From: Oopsacas minuta
Taxonomy: Eukaryota; Animalia; Porifera
NCBI GenBank assembly: GCA_024704765.1
Contig: JAKMXF010000310.1
Coordinates: 1,044,967 to 1,108,966, forward strand
Direction of reading: 5' to 3'
Length of the DNA: 64,000 nt
Below, piece after piece: positions 25,711-39,865 of this stretch. The notes under the pieces were generated by a model that worked only from the letters and a program-made list of their open reading frames with translations, had not been told where the DNA came from and searched no databases. A program made the translations under genes and the position numbers. Positions within the stretch are counted from its first letter, which is position 1. Each line of letters starts with the position of its first letter.

Positions 25711-27168
25711 CTGTTTTATTATGTGGCCGGACCTACGCCAGTGTGTGGCCGCACACACTATCTACGAACTCACGCTGCAACAACAGTGTATAAAATGAAT
25801 ATTTTCATGTATTTGTCGCAAAAGAACTATTACCAATTAAATTCTTGAAGAAAAGAAGGTGAATAATTTTTATCTTTCGAAAGGTGTAAGCTTTTTAGAC
25901 CTTTGCTTTCAGAATTTTTGCCAGAGGTTCAACAGAAGTTTTACTGGTATGTAATTTTAGCACTTGGTCACAGATCGTTTAGCAAATGGAAGAAGCACAA
26001 CCACGGCCTTAGTTACATTGAGACTTCCTCTCATTTTAGCGATTCCACATATATTTATATTATAAACCCCACCTAATTGAGGCAAATTATCATCCTGCCT
26101 CCTCTCGCCAGGATCACTAGTTATGCCCCAGCCCCGATAAATATCAAACTCATGAAATTAATCATATAATACTATGATGATTGTTAGTTTTGGGTGGGAG
26201 GTGATATAGAGAAAAAAGGCAAATACTTCAATACTGGACCACTATACTAGAGTGGTTGGGACAGTAAAATCTCTGAGATACTGTATACAAATAGTGGGAT
26301 AAATACAAAAGTAAAATGTCGAATTAGTGATAACCCTAGTAAAAACCGAGTCGAATGAATGACAACCTTCAGAATTCAAACTAATATTTTGGGCCTGGCT
26401 CGGAGAAGTTCCAGTCTTAAATGAAAATTATACTTATGACGTCAGTGTCAATGGTCAGATATCAATATATAGCGCTTCTCACCTATCTTCTCATAATTTT
26501 AAATAAAAAATGCCCTAAATCCGTGGGAAAACTATCTCTATCAGTAGTCATCTCACAAACCAGCGTTATTTTCGTGAGGATGAGAGTAGTCCGACTCGAT
26601 TGAAATGCCCCTTCCCCCCTAATCCTCATAACCAGCAACACTCAAAATGGAACCGGTTACCACTTGCCTAAGTTTGGCTTCCATTAGTTAACTACCTGCA
26701 AACATTAAAAAGTCAGTCGACAAACTGTTAGAGCAGGTTTCGATGTATATTAAACGCATGTATGAAATACATTAATTATCTAAAATTATATTAAAATATA
26801 TAATTTATTGTAGATATTCAAATTTTACACATCATAATGCATCAGTCTAGCTATTAAAAGCTAATCTCCAGGAGTTCAGGAGTATTTCGAAAAATATCCA
26901 GAAAGGAAATATGATTAATCATATGATAATGAATTATGCAAGTATTTTATGCAATATAAAAATATTAGCATACTGTCTCCTACACAGTTCCTACATCAAT
27001 CGAATCTAGCTAAGAACTAAGAATTATACATCTGTAAAAGTCTCAAGGGGGGCCATGGTCCCCTGGCCTCCCCTTATATCCAACGATGCCTCTAAACAAC
27101 CCAATCTGGCGCATGCTCATATAAATGGCATGACAAAATGAATAAAGATAGTATGCTAAGAAACAAAC

Positions 27169-27314
27169 CTGATAGTGAGTAAAGCACGACGAAAATTATC
27201 AGTAGAAGATGGTCCGACTAAATTCAAACATCTTCCAGAATAGAATTTTACAATATTAGACTCAAATATGGTTGCATTGATGAAAGAGTAGATGAATCTA
27301 CTTTCGATACAAAC
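27169..27314 (-). CDS. Host gene exon F (phase 0->2): VCIESRFIYSFINATIFESNIVKFYSGRCLNLVGPSSTDNFRRALLTI(ag)
   Basis: Acceptor tatctttttatttag and donor ag|gtttgt; 146 nt. L.L.G.S...F..AL..I motif. Confidence 0.82.
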
Positions 27315-27749
27315 CTAAATAAAAAGATAATTAGTTGATAAAAATACAAGTATCCTGGAGGAATTCGTAATTGGGGTATATCCGAGGGATATGCCTGGAT
27401 AAACTACCCCATTGGAATTTACATATTATCTACTATATAATTATAAGGGGATAATCTATGGCAGTGTTCAACAACCTTTCGAACGCGGCACACGTATTCC
27501 TGGAAATTTAAGGAATGGGCGAAATTCTACTTTAATAACCGGCGGTCTCAAACTTACTATAACTAGCGCCCTTCGCTTGATAGGTCGCTGCGAGACAGTT
27601 TAGCGTCTCAGGTAAGCTAAAGTATTGATTAAATAGTAAATTTCTTGATGGTTTGGGGAGCAACGCGATCAGGTATCATAAACGGCACGAAGTGCATCGA
27701 TTTTTTACAGAAATTTGAATTTTATTATCCATTGTCAATCCATATTCAT

Positions 27750-28170
27750 CTAATGGCCTTCAGTGGTAATACTTGAGCTAATACGTCACTTTTGGATAGG
27801 AATCGTTGCAATTCGTGCACCGAGTATTTGAAAAATTATAACATTTTCGAAATTTGGAATGTCTTGTATTTGTACTCATGATAACGTAATAATTCCATGA
27901 TGAGGTTACATTTGATCAAATCATCAACTCAGGAAATTTATCACATTGAGGTGTACCTGTGATTCAAATTTCAAACTTTTATCATGTATATTGGCTGACC
28001 AGTAGCTAATGATGTGATTTTTCGAAAATCCAAAATGGTGACAATGACGTCATAATTCATCATAGGTGCGAATTTTTATCCAAGACTGAAATTTATCCGA
28101 GCCAGGCCAAAAATACTCCTGCAATGCCAAAATCAGCCCTGGGGGTCTTCCAGTTTCTTCAATCAATCTA
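27750..28170 (-). mobile_element. Helitron H1 copy
   Basis: Reverse complement of the H1 body (CCAGTTTCTTCAATCAAT at about 28150). Confidence 0.65.
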
Positions 28171-29861
28171 AGACACTCGCAATTTATTATAAAATTGAAA
28201 AATTTTACAGTATTATGAAATTTTCGAAATATCACAATTTGATAATTTTGCCATGTCATCATTATTATCATAAGAAATGTATCCCATTTAGCTTCTACTA
28301 CATTTCTTCAATTGCAAGTATTATTCTATCTCATATACAAATGGGGTTACAACTATTCTATTATTCCGTGACGTCATGGTGATATATCAAAAGTATACAA
28401 AATTTTTATGAATATGTCCAAACACTCGCCTTGTGTCTAAATCTCCCTTTTTTGAATGTTTGCATTGTCATTACCACTTACTATGGTGACGTCATAGTTA
28501 TGATGGCCAGTGTGCAAATCTACAAGTCACAATGAACCCATTGACAAATTTCAGCTATTAATCATAAACGTTGTCGGCTGTAGAGTGGACACGGATCAAA
28601 AAGAAAACAAAACTTTCCACTCAGATCAATACTGAAAAGTATAGTCGGCACAGTAAAAATTTACCTGAGGATAATCTATAATATTAGATCTGGAGGTTAA
28701 TTTATTTCGAGGGATAAAAAATTAAAAGACACGGGCACCTCCTGTCTAACCATGAAATACAGACAACATCCGATAAATCGAGCCCTTAGGCGAAATCAAA
28801 ATGTGTTCGAGATAGCTAATGTTGGGAAAACGGATTGCCTCCATTTAAGGCCCCAATTTCACTGCCACAGTTTTCAAATTATTATGAGTTGAAATTTACT
28901 GAATATTCAGTTTTCGTGATTTATATAAAAGCGAAATAAAAAACATTCATACCAAGATTATTTATTAATTATATTCTCAATAAATATGCTCTACAGTCTC
29001 CGGAGGCTCGAAACATCAGGGCCAATAAAAATCTGTTCGAAATGACGAATGTTCGAGTTAACGGATGCCAAAAGTACTAAAAGCACTACGAATTCGAGAT
29101 GATGAATGTTTGAGTTAACCGGCATTCGAGCTAGTAGATGTTGACTGTATAGCCAAAAACATGCATCTTCTACGTAAATTGGTTGCTTACGCGACGTGAC
29201 TCATTATAGCAATCCTAATGAGATTTTGTTGTCAAAATCGAATATAGTTTCCAAATATATTCACTTTTCCTAACCAAATCAATTTCAATATAGGGCTTGA
29301 ATACAATCTATAATTCACACTGTAATATAGACAATAATAAATGTACATTCAATTACAACAAAGGTTGATAAGTCAACCTTCTGATCCAGGTGCACATTTC
29401 CATGAGTATTGAAAAGGGTAAAAGTTCAAACGATGGCGTGTTGCGGAGCTGTTCGGGGGCGAATAATCAGCACACCTTATATCTACTACTGATTGAATTA
29501 CTTTATGGCTATAATTAGTTTTGAGCTAAGTGACTAATTCATGAAATATACTGAAAATTTAAACGCTTATATTTGAAATAAATTTAATCCTATCTTGTTT
29601 AAACTGAAACTTCCTGTAATGAAGATGTGAACATCTATTGTTCACATATTCATTACAGGAAAGGCCGCTACATCCAATCAATATTTTAGTATTTGAAATT
29701 TTGAGTAATTAATGTTGTGAATAATTCGTAATTCTTTGCCATTTTTCTATGAATTTGTCAAGTAAGATTTTAACCAAGAGAATTACTGTCTCAGTGTTAA
29801 GGGAACTAACGCATTGAAGTAATCTAAGTATGGGGATAGATAAAATGAAGATAAATATTAC

Positions 29862-29951
29862 CATAGCAGATGAAATATTCAGTCCCACGTCAATATCCGA
29901 AATAGAGACATCATTCAAAAGTATCTTTGAAACATTTCCTTCTACAAATAC
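29862..29951 (-). CDS. Host gene exon E (phase 0->0): VFVEGNVSKILLNDVSISDIDVGLNISSAM
   Basis: Acceptor ttttcctaatattgttag and donor atg|gtaata; 90 nt. F.EG and DxD...SSA motifs align with exon I. Confidence 0.88.
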
Positions 29952-31709
29952 CTAACAATATTAGGAAAAATAAAATAAAATAGAATAATACATCAAAATA
30001 AAGTAAGTTTGATATATTCCACATGCTGAATGTTATTAATACTAGCGCTTCACGACTTGAGGTGACTGCACAAATTTTTAGCAGTTGTGATATCGCCCAT
30101 TGGACTAGGTACCTCCGAATAGCTGCTTCGCAGCATTCATATAAGTAGGACAGAAGAACACGGCCAAGACTTACCAAAACACCATGTACTCATTTAAATA
30201 ATGACTGCAGACACTCGAACTCGGGTCCAGAAACTTGGTTCTATTAAATGAATTTAAGTGCGATATTTCAAAAGTGGCACGTTTGTGTCCGGATAAATGA
30301 ATTACATACTTATAGAAATATATTTCATCAATCCCAAAAATACAAAATTTTAGTAGAAAAGTGTGAAATTTGGTGCTAAGTAAGCATTGTTGGGCGTAAA
30401 TGTATCCATCTTTGGTACACCTAAAATGATAATACTACAGCTAAAATTTCTCACTATGACTTATTCTATATTACACCTATAGATATATGGTCATATCCAA
30501 ATTACATCATAGTGAGTAAAGATATTATCTCAAAATGTATTATTAGGGTATGGGAAGTCGGGTATAAATTAGGTGTTGGATTGATGTATTTGGCGAAAAC
30601 CTTTTGAATTATATTGAATTCTTATTAAATATACCCTCCATGGTACATCAGACTTGCCACTATAATGTCAAACTTAAATATTTTGATTAAAAATAGAATT
30701 AGAAGACTACAGGGTGTATAATTTTTCTTCTTTCGAAAAGGGGGGACATTTGTGGTTCCTTTCCTTTCATAATTTCTGCTAGAGGCCAGACAAAGTTTGA
30801 GCAGTGTGAAGCTGTGGCAATTGGTGTCCGTCGATTAGCAAAGGCGAGAAGCACACCTGACGAATATCTCAAATATTTTCACCATCATACAACACCTTAA
30901 TTCTATCCAGTTTTGGCTGCAGGGCTTTCACGGAGAAAAGGAAAATATAGGCACCCATTTCAATACTGGGCCACTGTACTAATACTTATGGCAATTTTCA
31001 TAAATAAACTACAGCAAATTAGATATATATTTATTTATTTGTCTCTGATGAGAAGTGATCGGTCTAAAGCACCTTTGTCCAGCAAATCTAAAGACAAAAC
31101 TTCGAGTTCTCCACTTACTTTGAAGATTCCGATTTCACGGGATTACTCTGTTGGTAAACTAGCGAAAGGGCTGAATTCTCCTGAAAATGTTACAGAGGAA
31201 GTGCTGGATTCTTTCACAAACTCAGAGCTGAAACTCATCATTCATTGTGCGAAAGACAGGGAATTTCCTTTCGTAAACCAAAATATGAGTGGAATGAATT
31301 CCATACATTTAATAATCTAAGAATTGTATATAAATTTTGCCGTTCTCTCCGTGAGTTGATTGAATTTGACACTTTACAATAGGGCAGTGGGCCGGACCGT
31401 GGACAGGGCGTATATCATTTGAGGGCCGCGGTTAGAAAATATCGACCCGCATGCAACCCTGGAACTTCCCATAGAGTTGTACAGGACAGGGATGTGCTCC
31501 GATAATAAATTTCCAGCTGCACCATTACTATGTTACCGTTATTCCGTTACTTGATTTTCACATTATGGAGAAAAACATTGGAATGTATTGTTAATCTTCA
31601 TGTATCCCCATTCCCACTCACTCTTAGAGGTTCGTTTCTATGGAAATCAGAGAAAGGCGAACAAAATTTCCCCAGCTTATAGAGGTTGCACTGTATTATA
31701 TTAAATAAA

Positions 31710-32030
31710 TCTATATTATTAAATCTCAATTGTTCTCTGTTTGTTTGTCCGTTGTCAAGGAATGGATTTACGGTATGAAACTTTGAAATTGTCACATAAC
31801 TATGTATTTATCGTGTTTATCAAGGAAGTAAATAGAATTCAATAAAACTTCAATAAATATATCAAACATGCTGAACCCGATTTTCAGACTTTTGGAATAA
31901 CCATATGTAAATTTATTGTTGTTTTTATGAATAAAAGTAAACAAACTAGCAAATCTCAAATTTACTTAGATACTTGCTCTCAACGGCTGCAAAGGGGGCT
32001 GATCTTACCATCTCAAAGAGTGGACAACCA
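31710..32030 (+). mobile_element. Helitron H2 copy (3' truncated)
   Basis: A|TCTATATTATTAAATCTCAATT start; collinear with 47542-47860. Confidence 0.7.
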
Positions 32031-35000
32031 TCCCAAAGAGCTAATTTATCAGATTTGACAAATTGGCTTCCAAATTCAACTAAGTATCTATAGTGGTGAT
32101 ATACAGGCAGGCGGCATCCGACGCTATTAGCGAATACGCCGTTAGCAGTTTAATCTATTAGCGGATAACATCTTGTGTCTTGTTTTGTTGTTTGCAACAC
32201 TTTCACTCTACCATTCGTGATTTCGTCATACACGTCAGCAGTTTGGATAGAGAATTTTTCACAAATCTCTTTTTGAATAATTAACATATTTTACATTGTC
32301 AAAAATATATTAAGTTTGTTTCTTCCCCAATAAATTATGACATATCATCCTTACGAATACCTCAATACATTTTCAGATTTGATACATGGTAAGACAAATA
32401 TGTTATTGGCTCATGGAGTAAGATTTGTTAATTTTTACTACAAAGTTAACCGAATACTGCCGAAAATGTGCTATTCATGAAGTCAAAAAGGAGCTGAAAT
32501 ATCGATATGGGTGAGGGAATTGGTTAAAACGAAGTGGTAAATTAGCGTGTTTCCTTTTCGTTACGAGGGCAACACTTCGGACTTAATCGGTTAAAGTCGT
32601 GATGTACAGCTCGATTAGTGAATCAACCATGTTGTGAACTCACAACTATTGTCCATTTTTTATATTGATGATATTTTAGTAGCACTGTTTGTGTGATAAG
32701 TATCTATAAATTAAGGAACCTAACCACACAATTCTCATTAATATATAGTCTTGCAGTCCGTAATCTTGTCGTTCTCGGTAATTTCCAGTGACGTAACCCC
32801 TGCAAACAGAGAGGGATTCCTGGATACATTTGTGTATTCTATGTAAATAATAGCATTGAAGGAAATGATAATAATAACATTGTAGTTATAGACTAGTTGC
32901 GTTTCCATAACTTTTTAATTATTTAAGAGAATATCAAATATAGGTGCAAAAAGGAACATTGTACAATGTAGTTTATATGATTATAAACCATTACTATAAG
33001 CAATTGCTTGATAAAATCATAAGATAGAAATATAGAAATATTCAAGCAACCTAGGTAGTTACAGTTGATTACTTAAGTTCGCGAACTTAAATCTTAGAAA
33101 ATTAGTTAGAACTAAACTTCTTAGTGAATACGGCGGCAGAAAGCATTAGTGCACTTAGCCATAGGACGTAAACGCTCCACCAGCCAATTTAAGTTAATTT
33201 TGTATGAATCGTTGTGGAAATAGCACAGGAACTCAATCCTTAGGGTATAGGACATTTTACCAACATTATTACAATTTTGAACATAATTGATGGGACAAAA
33301 AGTTCGAGACATGGCCATACAAACAGGGTTATTTGATTTTAAATCATTGATTTTATCATAATGTACAAATAATGTTAATTTTAGTAGGTAAACCGCCCGC
33401 CCGAAAGATATTTGAATTCCTCTGTAAAATCAGATTAAATAAATAAATGATGTAAATAAAGAAAATCGGATTGTACGTATTGATGTTTCAATATAAATAG
33501 AGATTTTTATCAACCCTGCAGTGATCCGATTTTCAGTCCCAAAGTGTAGATTTCGTTCTAAATAAGTTCCACTTTTACCAACTTTTGCATATTAGCAACT
33601 GTATGAGAAACAAACTCACTATAATTGAACAATTTAGATCGATTTCAAGGCTATAATTAGAGGATTTCAAAAGTAAAAATCTAGCTTGATTATCTAGTTG
33701 CGAATTTGTTTAAATAGATATGACAATACTATACTATAAATTTTAAGAATACGAATAAACTAGTAAAAATATAATTCAAGGGCGAAAGAAGGTGGTTAGG
33801 CCATAGCCTGACCATTTGCGCTGCCATAAATTTCACCATTAAATTCCAGCAATTAGTTGGGACACATGATCCGATTCGGGCACTTTTGAGAATGGAATGT
33901 GTCATATTCCTGTAATGTCAAAGAAAAATAATCCAAACATGGTTACGGTGGCCCCGATAATGAAAAGAAATTTCAAGCTGATATGAATATATGCATAGTT
34001 AATTGATTAGACTTAAGTGAAATATGAATGTAAATTGAATCTTAATCAATTTCTATCACATTTGGGCTCAAAATGAAGGAATAAAATCAACATATCTATT
34101 CCAAGGTTTGGCGAATATAAACATCTGCTAAAATATCCGACGACATAGGCGCAACTAAGGCCATTTGGGTGGCCATATGCCTACCCTGGAATTGAGTGCC
34201 CACCCAGATTTGACTCTACCGTAATACAAAAATTATAGGGAACGGGCATGACGTCATCTTTGTACCCCTTGACTCATAGCCTAGTTGCGTCATTATCCGA
34301 CGATATATCAGAAAATTCCCCGATACGATAAATATGGAAAATATCTGAAAAACAACGAAAAATATCGTATATATCAATTAAAAATCTGAAACCAAAATGT
34401 CCCTTTCTCCACTATCAGGGATTTTTAAAAATTGATTTACTTTCTCAAACGAAGTTGAATCATTTTGTATGCGATATTCGTAATTAGCATAAAAGGAAAT
34501 TAATGAATCAAATGACTCGAATTCGGGCACTTTTGAGTTTTCTCAAATAGATAATAAATATCCATGTATGTGACCATAAAATTGAAAGGAAATTTCATTC
34601 AGACTAAAATATCTGCATAGAAAAACGATTAGACAAGGTTTGGCACTGATATATCAGTTATGCAAAAGGTACATTCCAATATTATATCGAAAAATATCCA
34701 AATAGTCAATATTGATTTCCGCGAGATTTTTGAGAAACTTTCCAGATATATATCGATATTTCCCGATATTCAGAGTTATGGCCTAAGTACGGCATCCGAT
34801 GGCTTCAGTTTTTATCTACGTATTCAAAATTTAATGTCATAAAGACATAAACAGTAATGGGTTCAATTCATGAAAGGAATTGGGATTTATGTTTCAGGTT
34901 CCATTCCCATTCAGAATGGGAATGGGAATTAAGCCCTTGATTCCTGGAATTTAAGGGCTGAGAATGGGAATTAATTCCAATTCTAAAGGAAATTGATTGG

Positions 35001-37549
35001 ATAATTCAATAATTAAGAGAATCAAGGGATGCAAACGGGAATTCAGCAATTTTGAAACAATAAAGAAGTGGAATTTATCCCTAATTTTTGGAATTCAGGG
35101 CTGTAATAATAATAAATTCCCAAAGTTTGGGATGGGTGCAGTAGTGTTTACGTATCCAAGAGGCTAAGACACTAAGCGGTCGTTCATGTTCATAATATCC
35201 CCTAGGTTCACGAAAGACCATAATTTTATATTTGAGTCACATGGCGAAAGGCAATCCAATACTACATAAATCATACTAATGCATTACAAAGTGAATCAAA
35301 TTCGCTACACATTAATTACACTATACAGACTGACCCACCCTGATATTTTTTAGGGTGGGTTTTACCCACTCTGATTTGTTCATTGCGAGGTAAATATTGG
35401 TTGTCACTTGTCAATTACCCTACTTGCATTTATCCCCAGACATGTGTTTTCGAAATGTAAGTGTTATCTATTGAGGTCATGTGACAAGTGTTATCGAATA
35501 TAACTAGAGCACTTACATTGGTTTTTCTGAGCATTTATATTTATACTTGTAGATAATTATTGTTAGTTGTAATAAGTTTTGTCTCAGGTTCGAAATTCTA
35601 TTAGAAATTTAATTTAGCAGATGGAATTAACTTTCGCAATTCCAGAAATATAAATAACTTGCATATTAAGACTTGTTAGTATCATTTATATTATAGATTA
35701 TATTTGTTAGTAAACACAATAAATTGTATCCAAAATTCGCTAAATAAATATTTGGGGTTTACATGTGTTTAACCCACCCTGAACAAATTGAGTTCTGGCG
35801 CCTATGTACTTAAATGTAGAGTAATCGATTGCTGGAATATATCTTTAATTATAAGTGGAAGGAAACTGTAAACGTTACTCATATTTCGTAGTTGATGTGA
35901 TTTCATAGGATATATCTCGTTTCGGACAACAACAAATCCTTCAGAGAATAAATGTGTTTACAGGAATCTGTCTAGACATTTCACGATGTATGAGATTTAA
36001 CCACCCATGATTACTATATATTGTTTGAACTAGTTGGAACACGTTTCAACTAGAACATCAGTGAAACGGGATCTAACTGCAACATATCCATAGGCAATTA
36101 TTTCATTTCTGTCACATAAGAATCTTTACGATTTCAGGCTTAGGTGTATACCGTTTATACACTATGCAGTCAGAGTCGCTTATCGTAACCACCACGGAAC
36201 AAATAATGTTATTCATAATATAGAGACTTCATATTAGGGGAAATTATTTGGAAGAAATTATAGATTCAAAAACTGATTATAAATAATTTTATGAATTTCG
36301 TCGGTACATGAGCTGATCTGAGATCATTATCCAATTCTAGCTTCGAAAATTTACGCATGTGCATCGTTGGCCCGATCGAGGATTATGAATAGTTCCAGAC
36401 CAATGTATGATGCAAGGCCGATGGAAAGGTCAAGACTGATGTATCGGTCCAGACTATTATGCTCACTAATTTGACCGGTCCAGAGCGCACTTGAGAAAAC
36501 GCGGACCAAACAGGACAGTCCGGTCTAGACTGCTGCATCTCTGATTATACGTGAAAACTGAATGAAGATTCTATTTGTAGAATACAGTGGAGCCTCCCAA
36601 AATGAACACTCCGAGAGGCGGAGAGCCACCTACAACGGACAAACATCGTCGCAAGGATTGAATTTGCTAAGCAAGTAATTATCACTTAAGCAGTATCCTA
36701 TGGGGGGACAATTCTATACAACATATAGAGAATAAATTCAAGGGAATTGTTTCATGGAATGATCGCTGGAATTAACAAATGAAATCTATGTGAAAATTGA
36801 ATAAGATTCTTATGTAGCAAAATAATAAATTTGCCTATTTGTATATAACATAGAGAATTAATTCCTATTGTGATTGGGAATGGGAATTAATTTTAATTCA
36901 AAGATTAGAATGGGAATTAAGCCCTTGATTCCTGAAATTAAAGGGCTGAGAATGAGAATTAAGTTCGAAAATTTGACTTCGGAATGGGAATTGAAGGAAT
37001 TAATTTTGAATTGAATCCGTCCTTGGACTCATAAAGTACCCCTCTGTCAAATTTCAAAGGCAGCGATCAAATAAAGGTTGTATACAGGGATGTATGTATA
37101 TAAAATGTATTGGCCCATTAGTCCACCTAAAAATAAATATTTATACTGTGCTCTAGCTATCCAGGCATATTATACTTTTAGGTTCTGCTTCTAAGGAAAC
37201 CTTATATCCCATTGTTAAACCAACTATCTGTGCCAAAGAATTTTGTGTTTTGTTCATCGAAAGAGTGTATACTATAGATTTGTCCAAAGAAATTATGTTT
37301 GTGTCCATAGGCGGCAATTTCAAGTACATGGCGGTCCAGATTCCTGACTTCCCAGGTTTTGCGGCGCAGAATGTATTTATGTGAAATTTACATAGAAGTA
37401 GCAGCAATTTCGCATGATGGACGCCCCAATTTGTTTGTGTCTAAAATTTAGTTGATTCGAAACTGCAACTAAACATATTCACGAAAGAAATCCAGAAAAA
37501 ATATATTTTAGTATTGTGACTAGCACAGAATTATACTAAATATATAAAT

Positions 37550-37894
37550 TGACCTGCCATTGGCTCGTCGCTTCGCGATAAACTCGGCACATTGCGAATC
37601 GAGGTATCAAATATCCGTTTAGAGCAAGCCTGTATGTATATTTTGAGATTTGGATACTTTATATTCATATAAACAACAATAAACTTACATATGATTAATC
37701 CAAAAGTGTGAAATCGGATTAAGCAGGTTCGAAATATTTAGTGAAGTTTTATTGAATTATTTTTACTTCCTTGATACACACGATAAATGCATAGTTATGC
37801 GACAATTTCAAAATTGCATATCGTAAATCCTTTCCGTAACAACGGACAAACAAAGAGACAAACAGACAAACAACAATTGAGATTTAAATATAGA
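37550..37894 (-). mobile_element. Helitron H2 copy
   Basis: Reverse-strand A|TCTATATTTAAATCTCAATT start; H2 3' GC block at 37560-37610. Confidence 0.7.
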
Positions 37895-38312
37895 TTTCAG
37901 GGCTGGCGATTTGCAAGTACGACCTGTGCAACAATACAGGCTACTCGCTTTACAGTCCTCGCGGTTTACACAGTTTATCGTTGGCGAGCTTATAAGTGAG
38001 TGAGGGTAGACAAAAATTAGGTTCTTTAGCTAATCACTTTCTTATATCTACTATGCTATTCTCAGTGCCGCAGTAAGGGTGGTGGATAGTGCGGCACCCA
38101 CACCAGTAATGCGCCACTTGCTATGTAATTGAATGCATTATTATTTGTTACTGGAGACACATAAACTTCTTCGGATCCAGGCCCGCGGTACCTAACATCA
38201 AATGCTACCGGCGTAACTGGTTTTTCTTCAACAGGTCTTTCAGAAAGACCCATATAACGTATAATAAAGATTCATTTATACTATTATGCATATATGTTTT
38301 GTAAAGGTTTGG

Positions 38313-38333
38313 AATAATAATAATAATAATAAT
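38313..38333. repeat. (AAT)7 microsatellite at the 5' end of the intron after exon D
   Basis: Read directly from the sequence. Confidence 0.9.
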
Positions 38334-38336
38334 AAC

Positions 38337-38451
38337 CTCTGTTGAAGGAGAAATTGTTAATCTTGGAGGGTTATCATTCGCATCGGCAATTCCGACTATT
38401 AGATATATCGGATCACTGAAGAATGTACCATCAAATATTGATACTGATATC
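38337..38451 (-). CDS. Host gene exon D (phase 2->0): (R)ISVSIFDGTFFSDPIYLIVGIADANDNPPRLTISPSTE
   Basis: Acceptor tttttttcttatag and donor gag|gttatt; 115 nt. Contains the cadherin-type DxNDNPP linker. Confidence 0.88.
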
Positions 38452-39515
38452 CTATAAGAAAAAAAGATTATTAGCTCAGGAAGTTGTTAAATTTGATAAA
38501 TTTCATATACACTGCAAGTCAACTAACATGGTATCATGGGTTTATCAAGTATATTATCAAATACATACGAATATGCGCGCTCCATATTGCCTGTGGGGAA
38601 TTCCACGTCAAGTCAACTAGCCATTTCACCACCATCAAAAATTTGTTAGAAATTTGCTGTGTAGAGCAAGTTACTAACAAGAGTATACTTTTGTGAAAAT
38701 TTCAGAACAATTGCTATTGTGGTTTATGACTTGGATGTCACAAAATTTCTCGTAATTGACCAATGATTTCAAAATGTTGAAATAACTCGAATACAGAACT
38801 AGAAAAATATTTTGTAAACTGTTATACTTGTGTAGTTACAAATGGAGAATTAAAAACATTGGTTTGTCCTAACCCATCGTGTGACCACTCGTTCGAAGTC
38901 GCTACCCGAGCTGAGTCTAGTTATACACATATCCATCTTCTATATTGTCTTTAAACACTGTTTTGTAGGTGGACCTCTTTAGTCCCTCAATTTTGTTGAT
39001 ATTCTTTGATTATTTCACATGAATACAAAATGTTATCAAATGTATTGTTAACAATATATAGATATAAATTGATTCATTTTTCGCATGAGTAGATTTCGGA
39101 GTGGAGCAACCTCCAAATACGACAACCTCTGAAGATCCAGCACAAACGCTGCTACCATAGTGTCGCAGTTTAAGAGGTTTACCTACATGCAGTATATAAC
39201 CTAAATCTCATGATGAATCCTTAAAAATAACTCGTTTGCATGGGACAAACAATAATATATACAGTGGAAAGTGGGTAGTTGCCCAAAAATATCATAAGTA
39301 TCCGTTTAGGGTAGGGGTGTCTAACACACGGCCCATTAGGGCTGTGTGGCCCGCAGACAAACATACTCAAATGTACCTAGAACTATGTATATTAACACTC
39401 TAAAGAACTTGAAGTCTACAACTTTTTCCCACTCGCCACGTTCGCTCAAATCAATGTTACCAGTAACTCTCATATAGTAAGAAAGACAAATGTTTAAGGT
39501 TAGCCCATGGGGAAT

Positions 39516-39865
39516 CAGAGTTGGAATCGGGTCCACTTTTCAGAACCCGAACCGAACCGAACCCGAAGTGTAAATACATGTAAACATTAACCGAAACTCC
39601 TCTAAAATATATGATTTGTTGACATTTTATTAAATTAAGTATCTAGTAGCATGTTTTGGATTTTAAGGAAAATTTCTTCTTGCAATATTATTGGTTAATA
39701 ATATTTATCCCGTAAATGTCCTTTTGAGGCCATTTCATTAAAGTTCCATATGATCATTCTAATGTAATATAATCTTTCAAAAATAGAATAAAATCATTGA
39801 ATTTAAAAAATTACGCACAAAGCTCGAACTGATCAACTTCGAACCCGAACCCGATTCCAACTCGG
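39516..39865. mobile_element. hAT-type MITE
   Basis: TIR C(A/C)GAGTTGGAATCGGG with perfect TSD TGGGGAAT and CCGAA subterminal repeats. Confidence 0.88.

Noticed and set aside
26075-26118. Minus-strand DPGERRQDDNLPQL resembling the DDNxP linker
   Set aside because: Weak donor (gtgggg) and acceptor, and it lacks the expected upstream motifs.
27330-27410. Open minus-strand stretch GISLGYTPITNSSRILV upstream of exon F
   Set aside because: It would need an intron of about 33 nt; exons E and F already join in frame.
32480-32560. IWVR-like motif suggestive of a Harbinger nuclease N-terminus
   Set aside because: Only a few residues; the rest is not traceable.
38062-38253. Minus-strand ORF (GLSERPVEEKPVTPVAFDVRYRGPG…) just downstream of exon D
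   Set aside because: No usable acceptor and no repeat motif; exon D already joins exon E with exact motif spacing.
38529-38590. Minus-strand YVFDNILDKP peptide with a GTTAGT donor
   Set aside because: The phase is incompatible with exon D (would create TGA); exon C fills this role.
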